Source of the DNA: Chlorokybus atmophyticus
Taxonomy: Eukaryota; Plantae; Mesostigma and Chlorokybus algae
NCBI GenBank assembly: GCA_009103225.1
Contig: RHPI01001259.1
Coordinates: forward strand, 1-64,000
Reading direction: 5' to 3'
Length of the DNA: 64,000 bases
Made by a program: the position numbers and the translations under genes
Shown here: in pieces, positions 11,840 to 24,192 of the stretch
Numbering within the stretch: the first letter of the stretch is position 1
How the letters are laid out: every line of letters begins with the position of its first letter
The notes under the pieces: generated by a model
Seen by the model: only the letters and a program-made list of their open reading frames with translations
Databases searched by the model: none
Told to the model about the DNA's origin: nothing

Positions 11840-12219
11840 CCGGGATGGCGTGTTCGCAGTTCAAGTCGTTTCACAAGCTTTTAGCTTTCTCACTCACAGT
11901 ATCACCAGCTGATCCGGTGAACACTGTGACTACTTATATATACAAGTCAAACCATGACTGTTTAGAACTTAAGATAACGGTCATATCGAGGCTATTTCCA
12001 CAGCACTCGCCACTCGATATGAAACACAACTTGTAACTAAACTCACAACTCAACAGCTACGCGCGGTGCCTATGTAGGCTATGGTCGTGAGCTACTTTGG
12101 AGTCATGACCTAGCTACTCGTTGGTGACGCGCGCGCGCTGGTATGCTGGTAGGCCGGGCGATGGTTTCGATGTAGACATGCCCGATGAAGGCTGGTATGC
12201 GTGGGCACTAGGCATGACA
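11840..12219. repeat. LTR segment B', right copy (element 5' end)
   Basis: Direct repeat of 3554-3929, ending ggcactaggcatgaca. Confidence 0.93.
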
Positions 12220-12888
12220 AGTCCCTTGCTGCCACCTACACCCAACCAGAGGTTCCCGCCTCTACTTGGAGTACAGAGAGAGCAGCTTCAACACCTTCAG
12301 CCAGGCACCCTACACACAAGTGGCTGATGCAAGGCCATTAACTGATTGCCTCCACAAGCTGGCATTATGCTGTATACCGTTTGCTGCTTTCCGACTTGGC
12401 AAGTACATAAGCCAAGAAGGCTTTGCAAGGCCAATTGCCACCTACTAGTATAGAGTATAATAGGCACTGTGCAAACTTGTCATCACATGCTGACCTTGTC
12501 CACTCTTGGACACATAAGCACATGCAGCACCTTGTGCTGCCTTAGTGGCACTACGTTAAATACCAACCAGTTGTGTACTTAATGTCTTGTGTAGCTGCAA
12601 TGTCCTTGAACACCAAGTGCACAAGAACTGACCTCATGAGCACGTATGCCAAATGCTAAACACCATGCTTGTACGGTATCATCATTGAGTCCTTCTTACT
12701 TATTACATAATTGTAAATAGGAAACCGAGACTCTTTTAGGCTAGCCCTTCAGGCGTGACATACACGCACACGCACGCACCGCATATATATGTTCACATAC
12801 TTGTGCGTCGGAGCGTCCGTGCGTATATGTGTGTCATCATGCATTTTAGTGTGCAGGTGACCGTGCACACGTGCCACATGCACACACG

Positions 12889-12919
<31 letters not shown>

Positions 12920-12921
12920 TG
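12889..12921. repeat. (GTGC)n microsatellite
   Basis: gcgtgcgtgcgt… run read directly. Confidence 0.9.
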
Positions 12922-13113
12922 ACTTTCAGTCATGATATTGATATTCATCAAATTGTAAGAAAACAATTAATAAGCAAAAAAAGTCTTTGAGAGCGTGAGT
13001 GCTCACACGTGCACGCACGATGTGTGCATGCGCGCAAGAAAGTTGTGGCTTTTGTATTAATGTGTAAATGATTGAATAGAAGCCACAAAACACGCTTTAT
13101 CCGAATGGTGCAG

Positions 13114-13117
<4 letters not shown>

Positions 13118-13191
<74 letters not shown>

Positions 13192-13204
13192 NAGAGAGAG
13201 AGAG
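13118..13204. repeat. (AG)n microsatellite
   Basis: Direct reading; contains one N. Confidence 0.95.
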
Positions 13205-14878
13205 TTGCTAACAAACCAGAAACTCTATTTGAATGCAATATTGGCAAGGTTATGGTAATCATGCATAAGCATACTATAAGTCTGCATTAACAATTGTCAC
13301 TTAATTCAAAGGTTGACCCCAATGCAATGCCGTGCATGCTCGAACACATATGGTTGCAATATCAGCCACAATATGCAATAGGTGCTCCAGTTATACAACC
13401 AAAGCATTACAGCAGCAAAATGAGTAGTAGGTATAACTTTTCAATGACGCCAGCAATCATCGTCCGGACAACTTGTGTTGAACACATAATCACACATCAA
13501 ACCACCCACACCATTGCATCAACACCAGGCAAACATGCAGTATTTAGAGTTGTGTGTTTGCTTTGGCATTGAATTCTTTGGCCCTTTACTCTACCCTATG
13601 CAGGCTGCAGGCATCAAGCAATGCAATCGCAATTACAAGCGCAAAACCGACCACCTGTGTCATACGCGCAAATGTACAAGGGTGCGGTATCGCGATTGTC
13701 GCATGTTAGCACACACAACAGTAGCACACAAATACAGCACGAGAACAAGCACAACACCATTGCTGCACTAGTCACCGAGAGGGCTGCGTAAGAGTACATG
13801 TGAGCAATTGCTGCTAAGACACCAGGACAACACGGTCCCGGCGACAGCTTTGGCAGATATTGCTGCCCCGACACAATATGGCTTAAGTTGCTATAATTAT
13901 TGGTAGTGTTTGAGATGAACAATTAGCCCCCGAACTTGTATGCCTTAATGTTATACACTTCATTGCTGCTGAAAGATTGGTTATCATAATTAAATTACAG
14001 TCATTCCTATCAAGCCTGTCATAAAGGCAGGCACGACGGACTGCCCGTCCGTCCGGGATTGCAGTGTAACCATGCGTAATAATGTGCATTGCACTGCTTT
14101 GCTGGCATGCTTGTAGGGTTAAGAAGTTCAACCTGCACTGGCATGCGTTGTATACTTTGCGGGTATGCCGCAAGTAATAAGTAGTAGCCATTAGCACAGA
14201 TAAGGCGTGCACCTATTCTATGGTTGGGTTTATACATTCGTAGGAGTAAATTGAGTACATAGTCAATAACGCTGTGGCCGCTCTCCTAACGTATTACAAG
14301 CGTGCGCTGATACATTACAATCAACTTATGTGCATCTACGCAATTTGACGTTCAATGGGTTGCAAGGCACTCAACAGCTAGTGACATCTGTTGACCAGGC
14401 CTGTAAAGGATAGGGGTCAACGACAAGGAAGCAACATGTGCAACATTGAAATGGCAATAGGTCAAATGCTGAACTTGCATGTACAAAAGAACCAAAGGAG
14501 TGAGCACATGTAAATATGTGTGTGTGTGTGTGTGCTCGTGTTTTGCAATGGTCAATTGCCACATGTCAACCATGCACAATGCATATATGCTGTATCATGG
14601 AAGCATCCATGAACAAGCACAACAAACAAGCACAGGTAGCCCGGTGGTTGGCTGTGTTGGCATTGGGTGGCATTGCTATGTTGTAGTGATGCCTTGGCGT
14701 CCTGCGTGTGTTGCATGCAGCTAAACCGCGCCATTCTTGTGTACACATAGGATCACAAGGGAATGTACACATATCCAACACACAAGATTGCTGCCGCGCA
14801 AATGTACAAAGACCTGTTCCATTCTAGCAAATGACACGCTGTCGTTGGACAGCCCACTCTGACCCTGGTGCGACAGCA

Positions 14879-17800
14879 CTACAGTATGTGGCATTGCTCA
14901 TTGCAACTGGACGTTGCTACTGACTGTGAGTTGCTGGCAAGTTGCTTGGCAAAGTTAAGAGCTTGCATGACATGCTCTGCTTCAGCAGCGGGGCTTGGGT
15001 TCGGCGGCAGCAGCTGCAGGGGGCTTGCTGGCGACAGACTGGGACTCAGCTGGACTTTGAACTTGGTCTTCACCCGAGCCTGCTTAACCACTTGCTCTGT
15101 GTCGGTAGCCGGACTTGCAACGCCTGGACTCAGATGATGCAACCTTGATTTCTTGTCGGCTTGCGCGCGTTTCACGCTGCGCTCTTCCCGATCCAGCGCA
15201 ATGGCCTCAGGTGAATGCAGCAAGGAGAGGGACTCTATGTGCCTTTGCGTGGCCTTCACCGCTCGCTTGGAGCGCGTTGTGCCGATGATGATCACCTTGC
15301 TGGCCCCAGTGGTCGGGGGTGTTAATGCCACCGCACTGCACAAAATGTTAATGTCAGCAGCCTACATACATGTATGCCAGATGCAATTGTTGGGTGACCA
15401 GCATGTGTACCTTGACATATCCAAGGACTTTAAGGTTACTGGGGGTTGGGTAGCTACTTCTCGTTTCCTTTTTGGGGCCTTCGGGACACCACTCATGGCA
15501 TCATCCCACTTCAACTGACCGTCGAGCAACCTCTGCGGCGGAGGACCCAACACGAAGTGGTTGTCTTCTGCGGGGCCGGCGCTCGCCATAGCCTTCTGCA
15601 GGAAGGTCGTGTGCGGGAAGATCAAGACACCGCTCTCCGAGTGCTGGCGTCGCTCCAACTCTGTGCAGTCACGGAATCCGAACGAGTTGCGCCATGTGTC
15701 ATCAACCCCATTGATTGCGGGAAGCACCAGATCCGCCACGCCGAGACACTTCAACAGCTGTTGCAGAATATAGTACAACCATGAGAAGGCACATACACAC
15801 ACGCACACGCGCATGCTGCTTGCAGCACCAACGCCAAGTGTACCTTTTCAATGGCTGCCAGTAGTCGTCGAGCTAAGCCTTGCCTTCTGTAATTGAACTT
15901 GGTAGCGATGAGGGGCATCTCAGCCAAATGCCGGCCAAACACTCTATCAAACAGTGCAATCTCAATAAAAGCAGTCATACACAAACAACAGAACAGAGTA
16001 CTACTACAGAAGTTATCAACCCTCAGGTATCGTCTATACCTCAACGTGGCAACGCAAACCACCTCTCCTTGCTTGTGTAAGATGACATTGAAGAAGCCGG
16101 AGAAGTCCATTAGAAGCGACCTGTCGTGGCAAGTACAGTTGAACATGAATCTGCATCGCGTGTGCATGCAATAGGCACAGCTACACACCAAGCACTGTGC
16201 ACATCCAAGCTTACAGTGTCACTCACTTCGAGCTGTGCATGATCAGAGGTATTAGGTCTTGCTTTGATCGTGGGTCTTCAATGGGATGGAAGCATTCTTG
16301 CATGACCATCAGAGCAGACTTGAGCAAGCGCGCAGATGCTGGGGAATCGTTCAGCCCTCTGCTGTTCAACACCTCCCAACTGAGCTCCTCATCAATGGGC
16401 TGTTGTTGGCTGCGAAGACGTGTCAAAAGCTCCGTGACCTGCGCCGGAATCCGCATGAGAGATATGCCCAAAACGCGCATGCACGCACGCGCGTGCAAGC
16501 GCGCTTGTGTCTGCGTTCAGCATGAGAGATGTGTGACGGTTGAACTCGCATGCGCGCGTGCGTCTATGTGCAACAGGTGTGTTTGACAGCACCTGCAAGC
16601 AAGCCTCGCTGCAGTACCAATCGCCTGGCGGAATCTCCTCTAACCCAAAGCCCAACTCCCTCCGCAAGCAGCCAACATGGTCTGCGCGTCACATTGCAGC
16701 ATGAAGTGTTGATAGACAAGTTTTCATTAGATTAAAACAGCACGATACACAGCAGCAGCAGACTCACACTCGCGTTCGCACTGATCGCATATAAGCACAG
16801 TCTTTTCGTTGAACCCCTCAGGCGCAAACTCGCTCTTGCCGCAGATGCGACACTGGCACGATGGGCAATACCAATTGCCGGAAGGAACTTCCTGCATGCC
16901 AGCCAATAAGATCTCTACCGTCGTATGTCACGGCATTTGCTAGCTGCCCACAACATCAATGCGTGCAGCACTTGCCTCGAGACCCATGCATTGAAGATGG
17001 AATGTTGCCGGGCAGGAATCACAGCAAATGAGATCTCCGCCTTCACCGCAAAGGCGACACTGATCGTCACTCATGTCCATGTTCTCAGGAAGCGCCTCTT
17101 TTTCACCGGGCCCTGTAAGCCCTGCAGCGCATTCCTGCCGACATACAACAAGTCAGTTGGTTGCTTATGAGAAGCAACACTGTGCAACAAACTGAACAGC
17201 AACGTGCTGCTGGGCCTCATAAGCTGTATACACGTACCATGAGGGATCTGCCATCGCTCATGAATGTGTACTGCGAAGGGCGGTGGGCAGTGCCGCCGGC
17301 ATGGAACTCAAACGCCGACAGCGTGACAATGCGATTGCAGTGTCCGCACTCAATGCCCTCTTCTCGCACAAGACCTGTGTTGAGAAGTTCCCCTCTCTTG
17401 CTCCTGTAGATCAAGGGGTCACCGTCCTTGACAATGCCCGCTGCAAACAAGCGCTTCCAGGCCGGCGTCCCACCAATCATCTTGCTGCTACCCGTCACCC
17501 CTCGCGGCGACATCATGGATGTGCGCCCAGGAGCTGCTGTTGGGGCCTCCAGACGTACTCTTGCCCCATCTTCTTGAGGTAGTGCTGCTTGTTCTTGTGG
17601 CGCTGCTGTTGAGGGTTCACTTAGCGCCAACTTCGGAACTTCTTTTGGAGCTTCTTTCAGGGTTGCCTTCAGGGTTGCTTTCACGGCTGCTGTCGGCACT
17701 TCTGACGTATCTTGCCGGGCTGCTGCAGCAGATTGTGCACTTGCATGCGCTGCTATGGCGGCTACGCCGCATGGACACTTTCGCACACTGATGCCGCATT

Positions 17801-19959
17801 TGGTGCAATTGGGAGGCCTCCCTCTGCCTCGCCACTGCGGCAGCATTGGCAGTGCAGATGTCACAATTGCTGCTGTTGTGGATGGGACTGCTTGCACAGC
17901 CGGCTGTACAAGCCTTGTCACGTCAGGGGCACTCGTCGCTGGCAAACCCATCCGCACTGTGATTGTGACATTCTTCTTGGAGCGCGGCCGCTTGATCGTG
18001 GCAGCCTGTTTGTGCTCGACAGCATCACTTGCAATCGGCTGACCACCAGCAATTGGCTGATGATCTACAGCTTGCGCAGGGACCGCTGATAATGGCGGCT
18101 TTGTGACAGCGGGCTCAGACATGGGCACAGGGGGCTGTGCTTCACACTCGTGCTTCTTCGCCATGCAGCCACTAGGGCGACAACCATCCCTTTTGGTCTT
18201 GACCTTGTGGGTTGTGGCCTGCGGTGTGGACGCGCGCTCGGCAGCATCGGCTACCACACAATCCTTGTGGCCATTCGCAACGGCAAGCCCACTTGGGCCA
18301 GGCACGGTGGGGTCTGGTTCCTGGCTGGTAGAGTCGCCGATTGTCACCTGAATCAATGGTGGCTTCTGCTTGCGTGCAGCCTTGCTTCCAGCAGAGCACC
18401 AGCCATACTGAATCAGATTGCGGACCAGCGCCTCATGCGGGCTGCCAGCTGGTGCGGGAAGGGCAGGATCTTGGCTGGGAACAATGGCGAGGCTGGGCGA
18501 AACAGAAGCGAGCTTGGTTGTAGGGTTCTGTGCCTTGGCCACACCTTTGCGCACCTGCATTAGTACAAACAAGACGCGGCTTACGCACGCGCGGTGCGGT
18601 GGTGGTGGTGGTGGGGGGGGGGNNNNNNNNNNNNNNNNNNNNNNNNNNNNNNNNNNNNNNNNNNNNNNNNNNNNNNNNNNNNNNNNNNNNNNNNNNNNNN
18701 NNNNNNNNNNNNNNNNNNNNNNNNNNNNNNNNNNNNNNNNNNNNNNNNNNNNNNNNNNNNNNNNNNNNNNNNNNNNNNNNNNNNNNNNNNNNNNNNNNNN
18801 NNNNNNNNNNNNNNNNNNNNNNNNNNNNNNNNNNNNNNNNNNNNNNNNNNNNNNNNNNNNNNNNNNNNNNNNNNNNCGGGGGCATGTGTGTATGTGCGTG
18901 CGCGTGTCTTCGTACCTTGCTCAACCAACCGATCCACCACATCGGAGGCACGAAAGGCAGCCACGTGTCATCAGCAGCGTCCCAGGTCAACGCCATCCTG
19001 AGCTGCGAAACAGGCAAGACCTGCTCATCATCTTCGTCGGGAAACGACACCGTCACTTTGTTGTCCACGCGAGCACCTGATTGGCTTATCCAAGTCACTC
19101 ACAAGCGAACGACCACAAGGCAGGGCGTGCATGTATGCTTGGTCTCCACACATGCACACCCTGCGTACCTGAGATGATGCCATGCCACCACGCATCGCTA
19201 ACCCTTGCTTCGACAAATGTGCCGACGGCCCAGTCGCTGTTGGGCGGAAGCCGTCTGGGAGGAACGGGCCGTATTCTGAGAAAACTGCCAAAAACCTTGC
19301 CCGGCGTGGCGGGGCTTCGCGCCGTTGCGGCACGGCCGTCAACGGGGCTGGTCACGCGCACCCACTCTGTCAATGGGCACTTCAACTCGTCGTCCGCATG
19401 CAGCTCAGTAAAGCGAACAGCTCGACTGCCAGGTTTCCAGTCGTACACAACCCCTTCGAACCAGGCACCGCGTAGCCCTTGCTCTGTCTGCAACACCTGT
19501 GTACGTACAGCAACGGACCTAAACAAACAACATGCCAACTGTGCGAGACATTTGGGCTGATAATGTGGCATGCAGCTTATGGCTCTGATCACCACCCCTA
19601 CCCCTTGCTCTACCAACAGGTGTTTCAAGCGTTAGCACAGCAAAGCTACCAACAGGTGCTTCCAGCGTTAGCACACAGCAAAGCGCATAACACATTGTGC
19701 AACCGTGTGGGATTTTCAGCAAGCTTGACAACATGGCATGCAGTTTAAGTCTTACTGCGTCATCCCTTAAAACCTTGTCAACTGTATACATCAGTATTTC
19801 ACACTGCACTGTGCTATCTCAAAGTGTTGATACGTCATCCCTATATACCATGCTGACTGCATAAAGAACTTCCCACTGAATCATGCTAACTCAACCTGCA
19901 ATAGCAGAGACTCAAGACAGACTGACCTCAACCGGCGTGTTGGGCAGCAGCTTTGCCAT
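14879..19959 (-). CDS. IDM1/ROS4-like protein: tandem Agenet, disordered linker, Tify-like domain, double PHD, GNAT acetyltransferase
   Basis: ATG 19959 MAKLLPNTPVE|VLQTEQGLRGAWFEGVV and AVGTFVEARVSDAWWHGII (Agenet). EEGIECGHCNRIVTLSAFEFHAG (Tify-like). DDQCRLCGEGGDLICCDSCPATFHLQCMGLE|EVPSGNWYCPSCQCRICG…LICDQCERE (PHD). DFSGFFNVIL…VCVATLR|VFGRHLAEMPLIATKFNYRRQGLARRLL…LVLPA (GNAT). An N-gap lies within an intron. Confidence 0.88.
18623..18876. other. Assembly gap (N-run)
   Basis: Run of N preceded by a G-rich tract. Confidence 1.
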
Positions 19960-21284
19960 TGAGGCCTACAAGGCACAACATGTGCAGGCCTCCTGTACCG
20001 AATTGGCTGTCACTGGGTCCTTCTGCCTGAGATGGCCACCATAAGATGCACAGATCGCTACTGTTGCAACTTCCGCAAGGGGATTATGTCAGACAAGAAC
20101 AAACTGCCGCAAGGCTGTGATGCGTGACTTGAAGACAGCCATAGCGTCCACAAATGAGTTTTGGCAAATATGCGTGGAAGGGGCTGAACTGGGAGCTCAC
20201 GCACAAAATGCCGAGAGAAGAGAAGCCACTAGTACCGTACCTTCTGTGGCAGCCACTGGCAGCCGCTTGGTTGCAAACCCTAACATCAAAAATCTGCCTA
20301 CCAGCTTGCCACCCGCACTGACACAGCGCGGGTGAAGGGCAGTGCCAACGCCACAACAAACGTGACGTACACCTCAAAGACGCACAGACACACTGTGACC
20401 GTCCACGCCGCCGCCGCCGCCGCCGCTGCCGCCGCCCACGCCCGCGCGGCTTTCGCTGGCGGGAAAACGTGCAACCAATTTGCCGCAGTTTAGGGTTTTG
20501 TTTTGACGCCGACACTTGGACATGTGCGGACACTTGGCGCAGGACCAATCCAACGTGCGTTGGCGATGGACGCCATCGACATCAACGTCGACGTCCACGT
20601 CTAAGGCGGTGGTGTGGGCGTCCGGGAGGGCGCCACCTCCTGCTTCCTTCCTGCCGCCTTCCCCCCGGCAGGCAGCGGAGAGAGGCGCGGCGGAGGGCAG
20701 GGTGGTGTGGGACGGCAACAGGGCGGCAGGGCGATAGGAAGTGGCTGATAAGATCAGGGGGCGGGAGACAAGCGGCTGGCGTCGTTGGTGCTACCAAGGT
20801 GGACGGCGCTGTAGGACGGCCAACAGTTGCAGGATTTGTTGTATGCGTAGGCTTACTAGCTGCAACTGCGGTTAGTGTTTGGTCCATCGGTGTGTTGGCT
20901 GAACAGTCGCAGGGTGTGTTGTATGTGTAGGCTCGCTAGGTTGGTTGATGCTTAGTTCATCGATCTGGTAGCAAACGCTGGCTTGAAACGTTGCGTTGGT
21001 GCGTACATGGCTGGCCAACAGTCGCAGGGTGGAATGCACGCACGCACATGCACAAAGCACACCAATACAGCAACACGACACAAACGCAGAACACACCGTG
21101 CATGTGTTCCTTCCAGCATACCATCTGTTGTACACATGCGCGCTCACTCATGAAGTACACTGTAGTACACACGGGCGCACACACATAAAGGTATAATGCA
21201 ACATGCAATGTGCCATAAAAGTATGAACAGACAAGAAGTTTAGCAAGGCAAAGATTAGAACAGCAGATTGAGGGGTCAGAGTCT

Positions 21285-21307
21285 GCTGGTCTGACCGTCA
21301 GACCAGC
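21285..21307. other. Perfect 23-bp palindrome
   Basis: gctggtctgac-c-gtcagaccagc. Confidence 0.9.
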
Positions 21308-22172
21308 GCCTAACCCACAGGATAACCAGACCATATAGCCTAACCGCTAGACCAGAACCCAGGCTTAAACAAGCAGCAGCAGGGCGGGGCAAGGCAGAGC
21401 GGGGTACACAGGTACAAGTCCACTACCTGCGCAACAACGAAGAGAGAAGGTAAGAAGGTAAGCCTAGCGTCCTCATCATCAAGGCGACCATGTTGACGAC
21501 GCTAAGGACGCCTATCTCTCTCGCTCGGCCCCCGCCGCCAGCAGTCAGAGATGGTAGCGTCATGTGTGCATTTTCATGACATTGTACCTGCAACACACGA
21601 CACACCAAACGGCTGCAGGCATTGGGATTGTTGTAGGATTTGGGTTAGTAGGGGGGTAATTGCTACGGTACTTTTAGCAGTCCCCATGCAAGGTGAGGTG
21701 GTCTCATGCGGGCAGGAGACCTGCTCCCCCGTACTCACCTTGTAACTGACTTGTACTACCTCTCCCCTGCTATTCCCACATGTGTTGTTGCACTGTGTGC
21801 CTCGATCCTTCACTTTGATACTTAAATGGCCTTCATCCGCAGTGTGCACGTGCCGAAGTCGCCTGCTCTGCTCTGCTTTTTGTTTTTAAATGCTTAAAAG
21901 GCAGTTCTAGTAGTAAAGCCCAGCTGATAGCGTTTCTAATCTTGTATTTGGGTACATCAAACACTGTATGAGTACATTGCTGCCTAAACCTCTTCAAGCC
22001 AGAATAACTATGGTGATAGTAGTAGCATTGACAATCTGTACATGTACCATATAACCTTTTCGAGCCAAACGATGTTGAGATAGTCGTAGCAACGACAATC
22101 ACCTCTAATACACGTTTATTCATAACACAATAGCTTGCATTGCGTATATTAAAAAAGTATGACTCTTCAATG

Positions 22173-22197
22173 TAGGGTTAGGGTTGGGGTTAGGGTT
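22173..22197 (+). repeat. Short interstitial TTAGGG-like repeat
   Basis: tagggttagggttggggttagggtt. Confidence 0.75.
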
Positions 22198-22199
22198 CT

Positions 22200-23581
22200 C
22201 GACCCATCCAAGTCGTCCACGAGTACCTGACGATAGAAGAATACCTTGCAACTGGTGAGTTAGTGCAAGAATTTGCCAATCACGCATGCTTGTTGCTTTG
22301 TTGCAGCCTTCTGTGCGTTTTCGTGACTTGTGTGTCTATTTTGTTGCAGCCAAAGTCAAAACCTCGCCTGCGAAACCAAGCAAGCAGACCGGTGAGTTTA
22401 TGTGCATATTTGGATTGCAGTTGTGCAAACTGCTTGTAGCGTCCACTAGAGCTGACATGTATGTTGTCGTAGCAGGCAAAAGGTCAAGAAACAGCATTTT
22501 TACGTAGACTGATAGTCCTCCTGAGCCTCGTGGCACAGTACCAAAAGATATCGACCTGGACTGGGAGACTGCCCTGGAAGCACTGCAGCGAGGCCAGCCC
22601 CTCTCAGACCCTCAATTGATGTCTACTAGCGTGAAGTGTCCGAGCATGTACTTCACGGTCTTGTCAGTCGCAGCATCCACCGGCACCGTTGATCTCTGCA
22701 AGGGTGAAGAACTCAAGGCATGGGTGAAAGCTTGGCTCAAGAGTCTGCCGTCTTCCATGGTTATGCATGCTATCAACTGTGCAATCTACCACCAGCGGCC
22801 CAACAACAGCATGGCCTTGCTGAACTGGTTTCAGTCAAAGCACGGTGTCCACTACACCTCGCTGCCAGGCTTGCTGGAGGCTGCTTGTGATATGTGCGAC
22901 TTCAAGGTGTACCATGCAGTCGCTGCACTGAATGTTATGAAGAAAAAGGTGGTTGAGATGGCACAGGACCTTCTGCGCCAAGTTGCCTGTTGCAACCACA
23001 GGAATTTACCCTTTGAGGCTGCCAAAGCGATCTGCAACGACATTGTGGCCAAGTTGTTTTGTGAGGTAAATCGCGTGTGTCTACATGTCTGGGCAGTGAG
23101 AATTGTAGTGGTTTTGAGTTATATTGACTCGCTACGTGGCGCAGAATCAGAAGAACGAGTTCTTACCAGGCCAAGTGGAGGCAGCTGTAGCTGCAGCCAA
23201 GGCTAACGGTGACAACATGTTGCTGACCATACTGGGGGCCTTTTCCAGCTTCGCTACAGTTCTCTCCACGCACCTCTCTGCAAAGCGTCAGCGCGCGTTT
23301 GTGCCATCCAGCGGGGTGCGTTGCTTTATTGCTGGTGTGTGTGAGGCTGCTTAGAGCGCTAACACTTGGAGGTGCAGGTAATCGCCCTGACCGGCCCTGA
23401 CATCAAGGAAGAGGTCGATGACTCCCCCGCTGTTGAAGCTGCACCGCTGGAGGCGATTGCCATGGCCTCTGCCGCTGGTGTAGATGTTAGTGTTGCTGGG
23501 CCGGCAGCAGCCAAGCCCAAGAAGAAAAAACAGGCGAAGAAGGCCAGGCTTGGCAGAGAGATTCGCGCATTGCAGGCTTGA
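22200..23581 (+). CDS. Multi-exon helical protein of unknown function; no clear start
   Basis: Short exons with gtgagt donors (22253, 22392), a long open exon 22510-23065 and a Lys-rich C-terminal exon (…KPKKKKQAKKARLGREIRALQA*). No recognisable domain. Confidence 0.45.
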
Positions 23582-23784
23582 GATTGGACTTGTGACTCCA
23601 ATGTGTTGTGGCACAGGATCTGTATAGTGCCTTGTTATCTGGTATTAGGCATGTGTTGCGTTCAGGCTCAGACCTGTGATTCAGTTCAAACTGTTCAGCA
23701 TCTATGCCTTGTTCTTTTCCACCTTGCCCCCCCCTCCAAAAAAGAAAGAATTAGCCCCCTCCCTCCAGCATGATGCAGACCCCC

Positions 23785-23982
23785 NNNNNNNNNNNNNNNN
23801 NNNNNNNNNNNNNNNNNNNNNNNNNNNNNNNNNNNNNNNNNNNNNNNNNNNNNNNNNNNNNNNNNNNNNNNNNNNNNNNNNNNNNNNNNNNNNNNNNNNN
23901 NNNNNNNNNNNNNNNNNNNNNNNNNNNNNNNNNNNNNNNNNNNNNNNNNNNNNNNNNNNNNNNNNNNNNNNNNNNNNNNNNN
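23785..23982. other. Assembly gap (N-run) abutting the left end of the YR element
   Basis: Run of N after a C-tract. Confidence 1.
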
Positions 23983-24192
23983 ATGGTCATTACTCGTTGA
24001 GGCTGACTATTGGTCAGCTAGATTGAAATAACAAACTGTTAACCATTTAATTAGTACTAGTTGTTAGCGCTAGGGTTAATTGACACACACACGTGTCAAC
24101 TCACTGTTCAGTCGCGGCCGTCACCTCAGCGGCGTCGCTAGCGGCGGCGCTGACGGCCGAAAGTTCGGCTGAGAGTTTGGGGAGAGGGGACA

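Larger units (their letters stand above)
3227..12219 (-). mobile_element. Decayed Ty3/Gypsy LTR retrotransposon carrying C5 cytosine methyltransferase and PHD domains; RT core deleted
   Basis: Ends are TGTCA (3227) and TGACA (12219). A ~380-bp repeat is shared by both ends. Minus-strand gag-like, protease, DNMT, RNase H and DDE integrase motifs lie in Gypsy order. A purine tract precedes the 3' repeats. Many stops and frameshifts. Confidence 0.9.

Noticed and set aside
11600-11840. Possible diverged A repeat next to B' (gagggtgacactgt resembles gagggtcacactgt at similar spacing)
   Set aside because: Only 14 nt match and the rest does not align, so it is probably chance.
3222-12224. Target-site duplication and PBS for the Gypsy element
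   Set aside because: The flanks (cacac and agtcc) differ and no TGG-starting PBS was recognisable.
18418-19177. ORFs with poly-X here and at 23676-24026
   Set aside because: Artefacts of reading through N-gaps.
20818-21030. Three short degenerate repeats (ggccaacagtcgcagg-like)
   Set aside because: About 16-nt imperfect units with irregular spacing; no structure or function can be supported.
22173-22197. True telomere or chromosome end
   Set aside because: Only about four imperfect units in an internal position. Isolated tagggttt motifs near 20490, 30815 and 55988 are too short to call.
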